Positions 39,613 through 52,069 of a stretch of 64,000 nucleotides of DNA are shown here, piece after piece. The stretch comes from Mobula hypostoma (Eukaryota), in the NCBI RefSeq assembly GCF_963921235.1, contig NC_086107.1, positions 106,270,001-106,334,000 on the forward strand, read 5' to 3'. The notes beneath the pieces were generated by a model. That model saw only the letters and a list, made by a program, of their open reading frames with translations. It was not told where the DNA came from and made no database searches. The position numbers and the translations under genes were made by a program. Every line of letters starts with the position of its first letter. Within the stretch, counting starts at the first letter, position 1.

Positions 39613-41402
39613 GAAGGGAAGGCAGCAGAAGCCAGAAGATGGAGAAGGGGAGACGGGGAAGGAGTACCAGCAAATAGCAGACAGGGTAAACCAGCGTCTT
39701 CCCTTTCCCTTCCAGTCCCGATGAAGGGTCTCGACCCGAAACACTGGTATTTGCTGCCCTCTGTAAAGACCGCCTGACCTGCTGATCTCCTCCAGCATTT
39801 TGCATACATTGCTTCTAACCATGATTTCTTCTGTAATCTGTCTCCTAACTGGGCAGCTACGTCAGCTGGGAGTAAACAAGTCAGTGAGGGAGCCAGCAGT
39901 AAAAACACGATAACTTTATCATAGATCTCCATCATCAGTAAATAACACCTTCCCCCTCCCACCCCACCGCCCGGAAAAAAAAAATCAAGCGCTGTCAACC
40001 ATCCCCTATAAAAAGCACCAACGCCCCCAGGCAGCTAGAATAAACATTTGCACAGCCACAATTCCAGCCTTCGCAACGTGTGCAGCCTTGTGAAATCCCT
40101 TTTTTTTACTGAACGAGGGTGGGTGAAGATTAACCACGAGAAGCTGAGGTGGGGATTGCAGGGGGGAGGGGGGTTGTTCAAGAATAGAGAAGGCCCGAGT
40201 TCTCCCCCAGTGAGTAGCGAGTACCACAAGGCATAGGAGAACCAGGCCATTCAGCCCATCGAGTTTGCTCCACCGTTTCTTTGTGGCTGATCCATTTTCC
40301 TCTTCAGCCCCAATCTCCTGCCTTCTCCCCGTATCCCTTCACATCCTGACTAATCCAGAATCTACCAACTTCTGCCTTAAGAATACATAAAGGCTTAGTC
40401 TCCACAGCTGCCTATGGCAACGAATTCCACAGATTCACCACTCTCTGGCTGAAGATTAAATGCCTCATTTCCATTCCAAAAAGAACCCCGCCCCCCCCGC
40501 CCGCCCCATTCTGAGGCTGTGCCCTCTGGTCTTCAGCCCCCCCCCCACCAGAGGAAACGTCCACTCTACCGAGGCCTTTCAGCATTCGATAGGTTTCAAT
40601 GCGGCCACCCCTCGTTCTTCTGAATTCCAGGCACTTCAGTGGAGCAAGGTGTCAGAGGAAAGTGGCGGTGGTGGGCACGATTAGCGTTCCGAGGACGTTT
40701 AGACAAGGAATGGGCTAGTGCAATGCTACGACAGCTCGGGGATGTTCCGGAGTTCAGAGTTCAATCCCAGCGTCCTCTGTAAGGAATCTGTACGTCCTCC
40801 CCATGGAATGTGTGGGATTTTCCACCCGGGCGCTCCAGTTTCCTCCCTCAGTCCGGAGAGGTACTGGGTGGCTTAACTGGTCACTGTAAGTTATCCCGTG
40901 ATTAGGGAGGGTTAAAACGGGGTCGTTGGGCGGTGCAGCTCGAAGGACCGATTGGGCTGACTCCACGCAGTATCTCTGAATTAACTGATTGACTAGATTG
41001 GAACAGTTTAGGGGGACGTGGGCCAAAGGGAGTCAGGTGGACAACTTGGCCGGAATGGACAGGACGGGCCAAAAGGGCCCGGATCTGTACTGTAGGACTC
41101 CGACCGGGAGCTTCCTGACATTGTGGCTCCCAGCCAGCAGGGAGTCCCAACACTGAAGGCAGTCGGGACTCTGGGGGAGGATTCTATTACATCAGAATGG
41201 CTGGAGGAGCGAGCCAGTCACGCAAAGCGTCAGCGCACAGAGCAGTCCCCCCCTCCCCCAGCTGGTCAACTCTCCAGGTCATCCTCGCCTTACTGAAACC
41301 TTCCATCCGCTTTCCCTCGCGGAGTTGCACTGGCCTCCGTGCCAGCTCTGTTAAAGCTCCTCCCGAGCCCCCCTCACTCCATTAACCCTTCACAGACAAC
41401 TC

Positions 41403-41431
<29 letters not shown>
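41403..41431 (+). repeat. (CA)n microsatellite
   Basis: Directly visible. Confidence 0.95.
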
Positions 41432-41434
<3 letters not shown>

Positions 41435-42369
41435 TCTTGTGGTTTGCAGCCAACGTGCGAGCTTGCACATGATAAAGGGCTGACAGTACCTTGCTGGTCG
41501 CAGTTTCAATTACTCTAGATGTAACAGGCCCTTCCCGCCGCACTAGCCAGTTACACCCATGTGACCAATTAACCCACTAACCCCCAATTCTTTGGACTGT
41601 GGGAGGAAATCGCAGCACCCGGAGGAAACCCAAGCGGTCACAGGGAGAACGTACAGACTCCTTACAGGCAGTGGCGGGAATCGAACCAGGGTCACTGGCT
41701 CCGTAGCCGCGTTACACTACCATGCCACCCCGGAAATCTTCCAACAGTATTATTCCTGAGAGGGAATTAAACAATTGAATACCAGATAGCAGCTGAACGG
41801 GGTCTTGAACCCAGGACTCTCAGGCTGACAGTGTAAAATGGTCTGCCAACGGAGCTACCCTGGTTGCAGGACAAATGCTGGCACTGGCTCACTGCCCTCT
41901 TTCACATCCAGCAGTCAGGGTTTTCAGTTTCATATCTCAGGGGTGCTGCATTAACAGTCCCACGTTGCTAAGCCTGGTAGACCCGTGTGCTGAGAGTCCC
42001 TCCTCCCAGGACAAGCCTACACCAGGGTCTGATCACTCTTCCCTACCAATTTCCCAGCTCTCAGGAGACTGAGAAGGGAACTGCAAAAGCAATAGACAAG
42101 GCTGGGATGCAAAACAAGAGTGCATTAACTTCTGTACTTACAGCTAGGAATTCCGCAAAATGACAAGAATCCAATTTACTAACTACTAAATGCAAAGCTG
42201 TTGCCAGAAGTCATTCATTACAGATTTTCGTCAATATGAACGAGTCATTGCTTTAAAAAAAACCCCTGCAAGGTGTATTGCTTGATTATTAAAAAGGCGC
42301 CTTCCTGCGCCACTTTGTCCTGATATATTTTGCTTTTTGTTGCAATTTTTAAAAATGTATTAGACTCAC

Positions 42370-42436
42370 TTTTAACAAGAAGGTTTTGGGCTTGGGGCCT
42401 CGTTTCTTCGGTCCATACAACTCCCGCTCCCTCTCT
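42370..42436 (-). CDS. CBX6: CBX6 coding exon 4 ([22 protein letters not shown]), AT-hook-like motif
   Basis: GCAG acceptor, GTGAGT donor; 67 nt; KKRGPKPK motif. Confidence 0.97.
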
Positions 42437-42586
42437 CTGCAAGACATGCAAAAACAAAAGAACAAACGCTCGTTTTGCAGTATGTGGGGCAGCAGGAACA
42501 TATATTTTTTTTAATATATAAATATAAATAAATCCAAAATGGACTCGATTCGGGAAAGAATCAGATTCTTCCGCTTCTCTGTGTAC

Positions 42587-42652
42587 CTTTGCTCGAACGC
42601 CGCGATTAAACGGGCATCCAAGATATTCTCCTCTGGCTCCCAAGTACTGTAC
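42587..42652 (-). CDS. CBX6: CBX6 coding exon 3 ([21 protein letters not shown])
   Basis: TTTTTAG acceptor, GT donor; 66 nt; TWEPEENI chromodomain motif; phase consistent with neighbours. Confidence 0.97.
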
Positions 42653-42734
42653 CTAAAAAGAGAAAGCAGTTGAGCATATGCAAAAATGCATATGTATATG
42701 TGATTGTGCCTTTTTAATTTGGACCGACACTTAC

Positions 42735-42778
42735 TTGATAGCCCATCCTTTCCATTTCACCAGATACTCAATGCGGCC
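42735..42778 (-). CDS. CBX6: CBX6 coding exon 2 ([14 protein letters not shown])
   Basis: AG acceptor and GTAAGT donor; 44 nt; contains the aromatic-cage tryptophans (KWKGW); KGWAIK is CBX6-like. Confidence 0.97.
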
Positions 42779-42789
42779 CTGTCAGAAAT

Positions 42790-43260
42790 GCAAAAGAGAA
42801 AGATTACTCGGGGCGGAGGCTCCGTGCAAGTGCGGTGGTTTTCTGCATTGGTGGCGGCGCGTCCCTCCCGCCAGCGCCGCCTCCTACCTTCCGCACCCGC
42901 CGCTTGATGATCGATTCCGCCGCGAACACTCGCTCGCCCACCGCCGAAAGCTCCATCTTGGCTCCAGCCCTGGCGCGCGCAGCCGCCGAGGTCCTCGCAC
43001 GTGACCGCACCGTTGCCAGGGACCCGGCCCTTCCCCCGGCGGCGGTTGCCAGGGACCCAGCCTCCGCCTCCGGCGGTGGTTGCCTCGGGAAGCGGATGAG
43101 TGACAGCCGGCGGGCGCAGCGGGACCGATGTGCGGGAACGCGGGAGGGGATTCCTCGGGCCGTGACGGGGGGATCACCAGTGACCATCGGAACGGTCTCG
43201 GCTGCACTCGGATCAAAATCCACTCCGCAGGATGAAATAAGCTATTCAATGCAACTACGC
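42790..43260 (-). promoter_or_regulatory. CpG-island promoter/5' UTR of CBX6
   Basis: GC/CpG-rich over exon 1; E-box GTCACGTG around 42998-43005; two RFX-type CCCTGGCAAC motifs (43012-43021, 43045-43054). Confidence 0.75.
42888..42956 (-). CDS. CBX6: CBX6 coding exon 1 (MELSAVGERVFAAESIIKRRVRK), chromodomain start
   Basis: Strong Kozak GCCAAGATGG; 69 nt; GT donor at 42887; peptide matches the Polycomb-class CBX N-terminus. Confidence 0.97.
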
Positions 43261-44113
43261 TCCAGGCTTTTGGCAAAATTAGCGTCCACCGTAACTTTTA
43301 ACTCAAAAGAGTCTGCGATTAAGAATCCACTCGAAAGAGCATTTACAAGACGAGGTGGTTCTCCCAGATGCTTACTTGCCTCCACAATACGTGTCCTTTT
43401 ACGTGAACCTTGGATCGCAAGTACTTGTATTCGTGACCCCTAACCCTATGGCCACCTGCACTGTCCGTCCATAGGAGTTGATGGGCGACTCAACGACAAC
43501 TTTCGGCATCCCCTCACCCTTTATCCTAGCATTGTCTGATCCTCCGCATTCTTCAGTATAAAGATCGATTCTCCCGCATTCTCTCATATTCCACTCATTC
43601 CCCGCTGCCTTCAATACCGTCCAACAGTCCACCCGTTATGATCAGTCTCCCCAACCTTTAACTTCCTAAGAACATTTAGGAGAAGTCGGCCGTCTGGGTC
43701 ATCGACCCTGCTCCGCCATTCGATAAGATCATGGCTGATCTGACCACAGACTCATCTCCACCTACCTGCCTTTTCCCCATAACCCGTTATTCCCCCACTA
43801 TGCAAAAATCTATCCAACCTTGTCTTAATATATTTACTGAGGTAGCCCCCACTGCTTCATTGGGCAGAGAATTCCACAGATTCACCACTCTCTGGGAAAA
43901 GCAGTTCCTCCTCATCTCCGTCCTAAAGCTACTCCCCCGAATCTTGAGGCTATGTCCCCAGTTTTAGTCTCACCTACCAGTGGAAACAGCTTTGCTGCCT
44001 CTATCTAACCTGTCCCTTTCATAATTTTATACGTTTCTGTAAGATCTCCTCTCACTCTTCTGAATTCCAGTGAGTACAGTCCCAGGCGACTCAATCTCTC
44101 CTCATTGTCTAAC

Positions 44114-44477
44114 AGTGATGTTGTGGGGATGGAACTGGACTCTCTGACGGTGGTGTCTGAAAAGAGGATGCTGTCCAAGTTGCATGCCATCTTGGACAAT
44201 GTCTCCCATCCACTACATAATGTACTGGCTGGGCACAGGAGTACATTCAGCCAGAGACTCATTCCACCAAGATGCAACACAGAGCGTCATAGGAAGTCAT
44301 TCCTGCCTGTGGCCATCAAACTTTACAACTCCTCCCTTGGAGGGTCAGACACCCTGAGCCAATAGGCTGGTCCTGGACTTATTTCCTGGCATAATTTACA
44401 TATTACTATTTAATTATTTATGGTGCAACCGTAACGAAAATCAGTTTCCCCCAGGATTAATAAAGTATGACTATGAC
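44114..44477 (+). mobile_element. Near-identical 5'-truncated Rex1 copy nested in a minus-strand CR1 (about 43670-44525)
   Basis: Closely matches 13670-14060; the CR1 sequence resumes after the TATGAC tail; CTAAC is repeated at both junctions. Confidence 0.88.
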
Positions 44478-46092
44478 TAACCCCCTCATCTCTGGGATCA
44501 ACCTGGTGAACCTCCTCTGCACCGATCTTTCATTTTTCCTTCCAAAGTTTTTCCCAAATTTTCCTCGCATTTATCAACATTGTACTCCATCTGCCAGACC
44601 CTTGCCCACTTACTTAACCTATCTATATCTCTCTGCAGACTCTCCTGCACAATGTGCTTTTCCACTCAATTTAGTGTCATCAGCAAACTTACATACAGTA
44701 CACTTGGTCCCCCCCCTTCCAGATTGTTAATGTACATTATATCCTGCCGAACATAATGCTACTCTCCCCTCACCTCCACACACTTAAAATCAACGTTCAA
44801 AGTAAATGATTTATCAATGTACAAGTCACCATATCACTGCTCCTGCAGATTTTCTCGTGATTACTACGCCAAGATTCATTTTCTTGCAGGCATTCACAGT
44901 AGTGTTAAAAAAAAACAATAGAATCACTGTAAAACCAAAGACCGACAAACAACGAATGTGCAAAATAGATTAAAACTGAGAACCTGAGTTTGAGAGTCCT
45001 TGAAAGTGAGTCCATAGGTTGTGGAATCAATTCAGTGAGTGAAGTTATCCACACTGTTTCAGGAGTCGACTGAACGAAGGCTCTTGGACCTCCTTCCCCA
45101 CGGCAGCAGCGAGAAGAGAAAATGTCACTTCTCCAATTCAACTCCCATCACAAGCTGCTGAACAGGTCGAGTCTGTAATCTTTGGAGTCTGGAGTCATAG
45201 GGAAGTACAACACAGAAACAGGCCCTTTGGCGCATTTCAGCTGTGCCAAACCACTTAAACTGCTGACTGTGATTGACCTGTGCCAGGACCATAGCCCTCC
45301 AAGTTTGTACCAATCCAAACTTCTCATGAACTTTGAAATCGAGCTTGCATGCACCACTTGTGCTGGCAGCTCGTTCCACACTCTCACAACCCTCTGAGTG
45401 AATAAGTTACCCCCTCATGTTCCCCTTAAACTTTTCATCTTTCACCCTTAACCCATGACCTCTGGTTGTAACCCCACACACAAGCTGAGGGGGAGAAAGC
45501 CCACTTGCATTTACCCTATCCTTACCCCTTATAATTTCGTACACATCTATCAAATTCCCTCCCAATTTTCTACCTTTAAAGTCCTAACCTATTCAACCTT
45601 TCATACCAACTCAGGTCCTCCAGATCCAGCAACATCCTTGTAAATTTTCTCTGTACTCGTTCAACCTTATTTAGGAATGAGGGGTGATTTTGATTTTTGA
45701 AATTTCTAAGAGGTCACCACAGGGTCAAAGTCAAATTCTCTATGGGAGTTTCTCAAATGAAGAGTAATAGTTTCAAGATAAGCTGATCATTTAACAACGC
45801 CAACCACCATGTCTACCTACACTAACCCCATTTAAAACAGTAAGACATGGGAGCAGAATCAGGCCATTCAGCCCAAGTCTTTTCTGCCATTCCATCATGG
45901 CTGATTTATTATCCTTTTCAACCCCATTCTCACAACTTCTCTCTGTACCTTTTGACACCCTAATCAAGAAGCTATCAACCTCTGCTTTAGATATACCCAA
46001 TGACTTGGCCTCCACAGCGGTCTGTGGCAATGAATCCCACAGATTCACCACCCTCTGGCTACAGAAATTCCTCCTCATCTCTGTTCTAAAGG

Positions 46093-46316
46093 CCGGCTGG
46101 TGGCGTAGTGGCATCAGCACCGAACTTTCGAGTGAAGGCTCCCGAGTTCGAACCCAGCCGGCTCCCGTACACGCTTTCCATCCGTGCTGGGTTGAGCGTC
46201 AAGCTAGCAACTCAACCTCGTAAAAAAGAAATTGCCTGCTACAGAAACAGCAACAGCAAAAAGTTGATGGCCTACGCTCTCTCGTGAGTTGAAAGGCAAT
46301 TTTCTCTTCTTCTTTT
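46093..46316 (+). mobile_element. tRNA-derived SINE inserted in a CR1 relic, 15-bp TSD (relatives near 6316+ and 22515-)
   Basis: A box TGGCGTAGTGG, B box AGTTCGAACC; TCTCTGTTCTAAAGG at 46078-46092 and 46317-46331; TTC-rich tail. Confidence 0.8.
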
Positions 46317-46984
46317 TCTCTGTTCTAAAGGGATGTCCTTGTATTGTAAGGGTGTGCCCTCGAGTCCTAGACACCCCCACTACGCCCTGCTCATTCAAAT
46401 ACCTATTAAATGCTGTTACTATTCCAAGCCCCACCACCTCTTCTGGCAGCTCATTCCGTACACCAACAACTTGGGGGGGGGGGGAACATCCCCGACAGAT
46501 TCCCATTAAACCTCTCGCCTTAAAGCTACACCCTCAAGTTTTAGACACCCTTCCCAAAGGAACGAGACTTTGGCTGCCTACCCTTTCATAATCTTATATC
46601 ATCCTGTCACCCCTCCACCTCTTTTGATTCAGGGAAACCAGTCCCAGTTTATCAAATCTCTCTTTACACCCCAAGCCCTAATTCAGGCAACATCCTTGTG
46701 GATCGTTTCCAAACCCTCTCCATCTTAACCACAAGTAAATGCATGATCTAAGTACACAGCAGGGTACCGTGGTAGCGTAGCGGTCAGCGCAACGCTATTA
46801 CAGCTCGGGGCGTCGGAGTTTGGAGTTCAATCCCAGCATCCTGCGTCAGGAGTCTCCGTACGTCCTCCCCGTGGAGTGTGTGGGGTTTCTCCCGGTCGCT
46901 CCAGTTTCCTCCCACAGTCCAAAGATGTTTCAGGTAGGTTAACTGGTCATCGTGAATTTTCCCAGTGGGGTTACATTGGAGTTG

Positions 46985-47470
46985 TCGGAGGGGAGGAGGA
47001 GGGAAGGGGAGGGAAGGAGGGAGTGGAGTGGAGGGGTAAGAAGGGAGTGCAGAGGGGGAGAGAGGTGGGCTGAGAGAGGTGAGAGGGAGGGAGACAGAGT
47101 GAGGGAGAGAGGGTGGGGGAGAGAAAGAGGGAGGGAGAGGGGTGAAAGTGGTGGGAGGGGAGAAAGTGGGGGAGAGGGGAGAAAGTGGAGGAGGGGAGAA
47201 AGTGGGGGGAAGGAGAGAAAGTGGGAGGGAGAAAGTGGGGGGAAGGGGAGAAAGTGGAAGGGGAGAAAATGGGGGAAGGGGAGAAAGTGGGGGGAAGGGG
47301 AGGGAGAGAGAGAGTGGGGGAGAGGGGAGAAAGTGGGGGGAGAGGGAGAAAGTGGGGAGGGGAGAAAGTGGGGGGAAGGGGAGAAAGTGGGGGGAAGGGG
47401 AGGGAGAGAGAGAGTGGGGGGAGAGAGGGAGAAAGTGGGGGAGGGGAGAAAGTGGGGGGGAGAGGGAGAG
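46985..47470 (+). repeat. G-rich minisatellite, unit approximately GGGGAGAAAGTGGGGGGAA
   Basis: Many degenerate tandem copies, almost purely purine. Confidence 0.9.
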
Positions 47471-49698
47471 GATCAAACCCCAGTTTTCAATACTAATAAA
47501 CAGGAGACATGAAGAACATTCTGGAAGATACATGGTCCTTCCTGTTGAGAATATGGAATGAAACAGAAACCACAGGTTGGGAATTTTCCATGAGAAATTC
47601 AAGAAACCAGAACATTACATCAACCCAGTTTTACTGTGGCGAACATGAAATATTCTGCAGATCACAAACAAGAGAAAATCTGCAGATGCTGGAAATCCGA
47701 GCAACACACACAAAATGCTGGAGGAACTCAGCAGGCCAGGCAGCATCTATGGAAAAGAGTAAACAGTCGACGTTTTGGGCTGAGACCCTTTCTGTAGATG
47801 CTGGAGAACCAGAGTTGATCTCTGACGTACTCACATTCCTTGTGCCCCCGTCCCACCCCCCCACCACTGATGTGCCTGTGATAATCTACCCCGAGTACAA
47901 AGACCCAATCAGAATAATCAGTTTAACGTGCGATTGGATAATTCCTTCCAAGACTAGAGGGTACTCCAAAGTGGAACACAGTCAACAAAGAACTCCTTGA
48001 CATCTTGCTGGACTGTGTCATACGGTGAGGTCCGACAGGATTTATTCCTTAGAAGGCTGGAGACTAAAGGATGATCGTATAGAAGTATGTAAAGTCATGA
48101 GGGGTATAGGCAGGGTGAATGTGCTCAGTCCTTTCCCCCGCTGCCCCCCCCCCAGAGTCGGGGTATGAAGAAGCGCGGTACGATAGCGTGGTGGTTAGCT
48201 CCACGTTTCCCAGTCCCGGCAACCCGGGTTCAATTCCCATCCCAGCCTGCAAGGAGTTTGTACGGTCTCCGCGTGACCATGTGGGTTTCCTCCGGGTGCT
48301 CCAGTTTCCTCCCACAGCTCAAAGACCTACCAGTCGGGAGGTTAATTGGTCACTGTAAATTATCCTGTGATTAGGCTGGGGTTAAGTTGGGGGTTGCCGG
48401 GCGGCTGCAGCTCAGAGAACCGCAAGGGTCTACTCCGTGCTGTCTCTCAACAAATGAATAAACAAGCAAACTAGAGGACGAAGGTCTAAGGTAAGAGGGA
48501 AAAGATTTAAGGGACAACTTCCTTTTGCACAAACGAGGGATGAGCTGCCAGAGTGTTTGAGGCAGGGGCAATGAGACAGTTGGACAAGAACAGGGATTGA
48601 AAAGGTTAAGGTCATGGCAAGTGGCACCAGAGTGGACAGGCATCTGGGCTGGCATGGACCAGTTGGGCCGAAGGGCCCGTTTCCACACTGTTTGACCCCA
48701 CAGTCACTGAGGGAGAAGCAAGCAGAAAACCCTAACTCAGAATCCAAAGATCACCGACAAAGGTTAGAATAAGTAAATTCTCTTGCACTACGATCTACAT
48801 AGAGCCACCATTCAATGAAAGTCAATGCAACCAGCAAATGTATAATAGATAGAGATATTTATTTATATATCCAAAAAAAAAAGATACATTGAAGCATAAT
48901 TTGTTGAGGACGATAAGCTCAGAACTCATTCTCACGCACGGTTTGACAGACACAGTACAGTACACACCAAGGAAGCACTGGTTCCTGCTCGGATTATCAA
49001 TGGACATCAAAACCTTAAAAATATGGGACACGTTCTTATGAAAAGGGGCTGGAAATGTTTAAGAGACTTTGAACTCCTCGAAGTGACAAGCATCAGCACG
49101 TAATCAACCCGTAGGAAGCCCAGATACCGAATAAACTTCATACCGCTTTCTGTTTCTATAGTCACCTGACTCAAAAACACGGTCTGTACCAACCATTCCC
49201 TAACCCTCGAATTCCCATCAGTTCCGGCCAGATTCTCCCCTACACTCCAAAGAACAGTCTACAGTGGCCATTTAACCTACTGACCTGCACGTCTTTGGGA
49301 TGAGGGAGGAAACCGGCGCACCTGGGGAAACCCACGCGGTCATAGGGAGAACATGCAAACTCCACCAAGACAGCACCTGAGGTCAGGATCGAACCGGGTT
49401 CGCTGCAGCCGTCAGGCAGCAGTCTCTACTCGCCGTGCCTCTATGCCACACTGCTAACGTAAGCAAGTCCCGGTTGCGGTGGGCTGCACTGATGGGGTCA
49501 GAGGTATCACTAAGTCCCTGTGAAGACGTGGACCAGCAACTTGTCATGCACTGATCCCGCCCACCCTTCTTATCCCCATCCTTCCCCACCATTCCCTCTC
49601 CGGCATCCCCACACCAAGGACAACGAAGTCACACTATACACAGTAGACTGCACATTGAATACCTGTTTCATTTGCTTTAAAAAAAAAACTGCCTTGAA

Positions 49699-50129
49699 CA
49701 GGTTGAACACCCCTTATCCGAAAATCTGAAAAGCTCCAGAATCTAAAATGCTTTCAGGGTGCCTACACGACACCACAAGTGGAAAACAAACTCCACTAGG
49801 CACTGGGAAGGTTCCCAGGCAATGCGCTGGTCTCTGTACGTCACAGACAGTTCTGAAATGTGACCTCAGATACCTTGAGCGGGGCTCTCGGCACCAGTCA
49901 CGATAACCAGACCTTCCCGATGGTTCAATTATTGGTTCGTGCACAAAAATATTATACAAAAAAAAACCACCTTCAGTGTATGTGTGTAAGCTGTATAAGT
50001 AATGTAAACAGATTTTGTGTTTAGACTTGGGTCCCATCCCCATGATGTCTTGTTATATAGATGTAAATATTCCAAAATCCAAACCACTTTCAGCTCCAAG
50101 CATGTCAGCTAAGGGGGGTGCTCAACCCG
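49699..50129 (+). mobile_element. pogo/Tigger-type MITE resembling Tigger4/MER46
   Basis: TIRs CAGGTTGAACACCCCTTATCCG / CTAAGGGGGGTGCTCAACCCG|TA; internal GTGTTTAGACTTGGGTCCCATCCCCA and AAATATTCCAAAATCC blocks. Confidence 0.75.
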
Positions 50130-52069
50130 TACAACTAAGACAAGATGGTGCATTATAAAGCTCTGCACACCCTGAGACATGTACGACACTGGGGTAGTAA
50201 GAGGAAATATGGCAGCCAGATTGTGTAGAGGAAGATCCTGCAAAGCGCAGGAATGGTCATGGCATCTGCGGTTGGCCAAGGACAGATCTTCAACAGGGAT
50301 TGCAACTGATCGTCAACAGGGATTGTGGCATTTTCCCCATCCCACAGGACGACAGGACCTCATCTGACTCTGCAGCTCCCCCTCACCACTGCTTCCCCTT
50401 TCCAGGAGCTGGGTAAGGAGCGCAAGAAGCTAGGTTGGCGAGGGGTTGGGGGAACATCTCCTCACAGTTAGGAAGTTCCAGGCAAAAGCTACACAATATG
50501 GTGCATTTTCATTAGCTTCAAATATATGACACACTTCGCTTCCAAGGCATCAGTCAAAGTGAAACACAAAGGCACACCCCACTATGCTGAAGCCATGCAG
50601 TAATTCCAAACCAGTGCTTGGCTTCTATTTCCGTGGCCCATTGAGGGAGGACTGATCAACTAAACAGGAATTCAGGAGCTCCAATCTTCCCACGTCATTG
50701 GGACCAGAGACCAACACCAAAGGTGCATGCAAGGTCAGAAAACTAAAAGGCTAAAACTATGGCAACATATGGGATCTGAGCGAGAGGGCACTTCTCCCTC
50801 CGATCGTCATTTCAAGTGGCCTGGTACGAGGGTGCTGGCGAACAGGTTTCTCTGGAGGGGTGACGCCTGGGTAATGAGGCCAAAGGAACTTCTGTGTGAC
50901 TACAATCTCCCTGCCATGTGCTACTGGATTGATGTCTGACAGAAATCACTTCTCTTCTGCTTGCAAGTTTGGCCACAAGACAAAGGAGCATAACCTGACC
51001 ATTCAACCCATTGAGGCTGCACTCATGGCTGATTTATTATCCCTCTCAACCCCATTCTCCAGCCTTCTCCGTGTAACCTTTGTCACCATTTCTAATCAAG
51101 AACTTATCAACCTCCATTTTACATATACTCAACGACTCAGGTGAATTTATGGTCACCCAAGGCAGTAAATTCCACAGGTTCACCACTCTCTGGCTATAAA
51201 AATTCCTCTTTCTGTTCCAAGTTAAAAGTTAACCACACAACCCCCTTAAACCAGCAGAGGTGGAAGTCGTTACAACCAGCCCACAGAAAGGTTTGAGTGG
51301 TAGGGCAAGGTAAGAAGATTGTTATCTTGGGATCCTTTGTCGACAGACAAGCAGAGTACAATAACAAGGAGGTAATGTTAACTCTTCATCAACAACTTGT
51401 TAACCCTCGGTTTGGAGTACTCTGACCGCCTCGGGGTCCTGTAGGACGTCTGACCCTTGACATGGGTGTAGAGGAGGAGGAGGAGGAGGGATTTACCTTC
51501 CTTCATTTGGCTTTCATCAACCGTGGGATTGAGTTCAAGAGCCGTGAGGTAATGTTACAGTTATACAAAACCTTCACTTGGAGTAGTGTGTTCAGTTCTG
51601 GTCACCTCACTGCAGGAAGGATGTGGGTACTATAGGGAGAGTGCCGAGGAGATTTACAAGGATGTTGCCTGGATTGGGGAGCATGCCTTATGAGAATAGG
51701 CTGAGTGAACTTGGCCTTTCCTCCTCGGAGCAACAGAGGATGAGAAGTGACCTGATACTGATGTATAAGATGATCATGGGCATTGATCGTATGGATAGCC
51801 AGAGGCTTCCCCCCACCCCCCAGGCTGAAATGGCAAACACGAGGGGGCATAGTGTTAAGGTTCTGGAGTAGATTACACGGTTGGCACAACATTGTGGGCC
51901 GAAGGGCCTGTAATGTGCTGTAGATTTCTATGTTCTTCTACCTCATCCCGAATACAAGGATGCTCCTTCAGCCTCAGGAAACAAGGAAATTCCTTTAGAG
52001 TAGAGATGAGTAAATTTCTTCAGCCAGAGGGTAGTGAATCTGTGGAATCCATTGCCATGGAAGGAGGAA

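Noticed and set aside
42835..43443. 202-aa antisense ORF over the CBX6 promoter
   Set aside because: CpG-island shadow ORF with no recognisable domain.
46093..46165. tRNA-like sequences (also near 5345-5410, 6316-6380, 22635-22705)
   Set aside because: SINE heads: A/B boxes followed by a SINE body, no proper cloverleaf, with TSDs in two cases.
46784..47602. 272-aa and overlapping G/E/R-rich ORFs
   Set aside because: Minisatellite translation artefacts.
47958..48024. Possible plus-strand micro-exon ending at GTGAGG (PKWNTVNKELLDILLDCVI)
   Set aside because: Weak acceptor, no partner exons, no recognisable homology.
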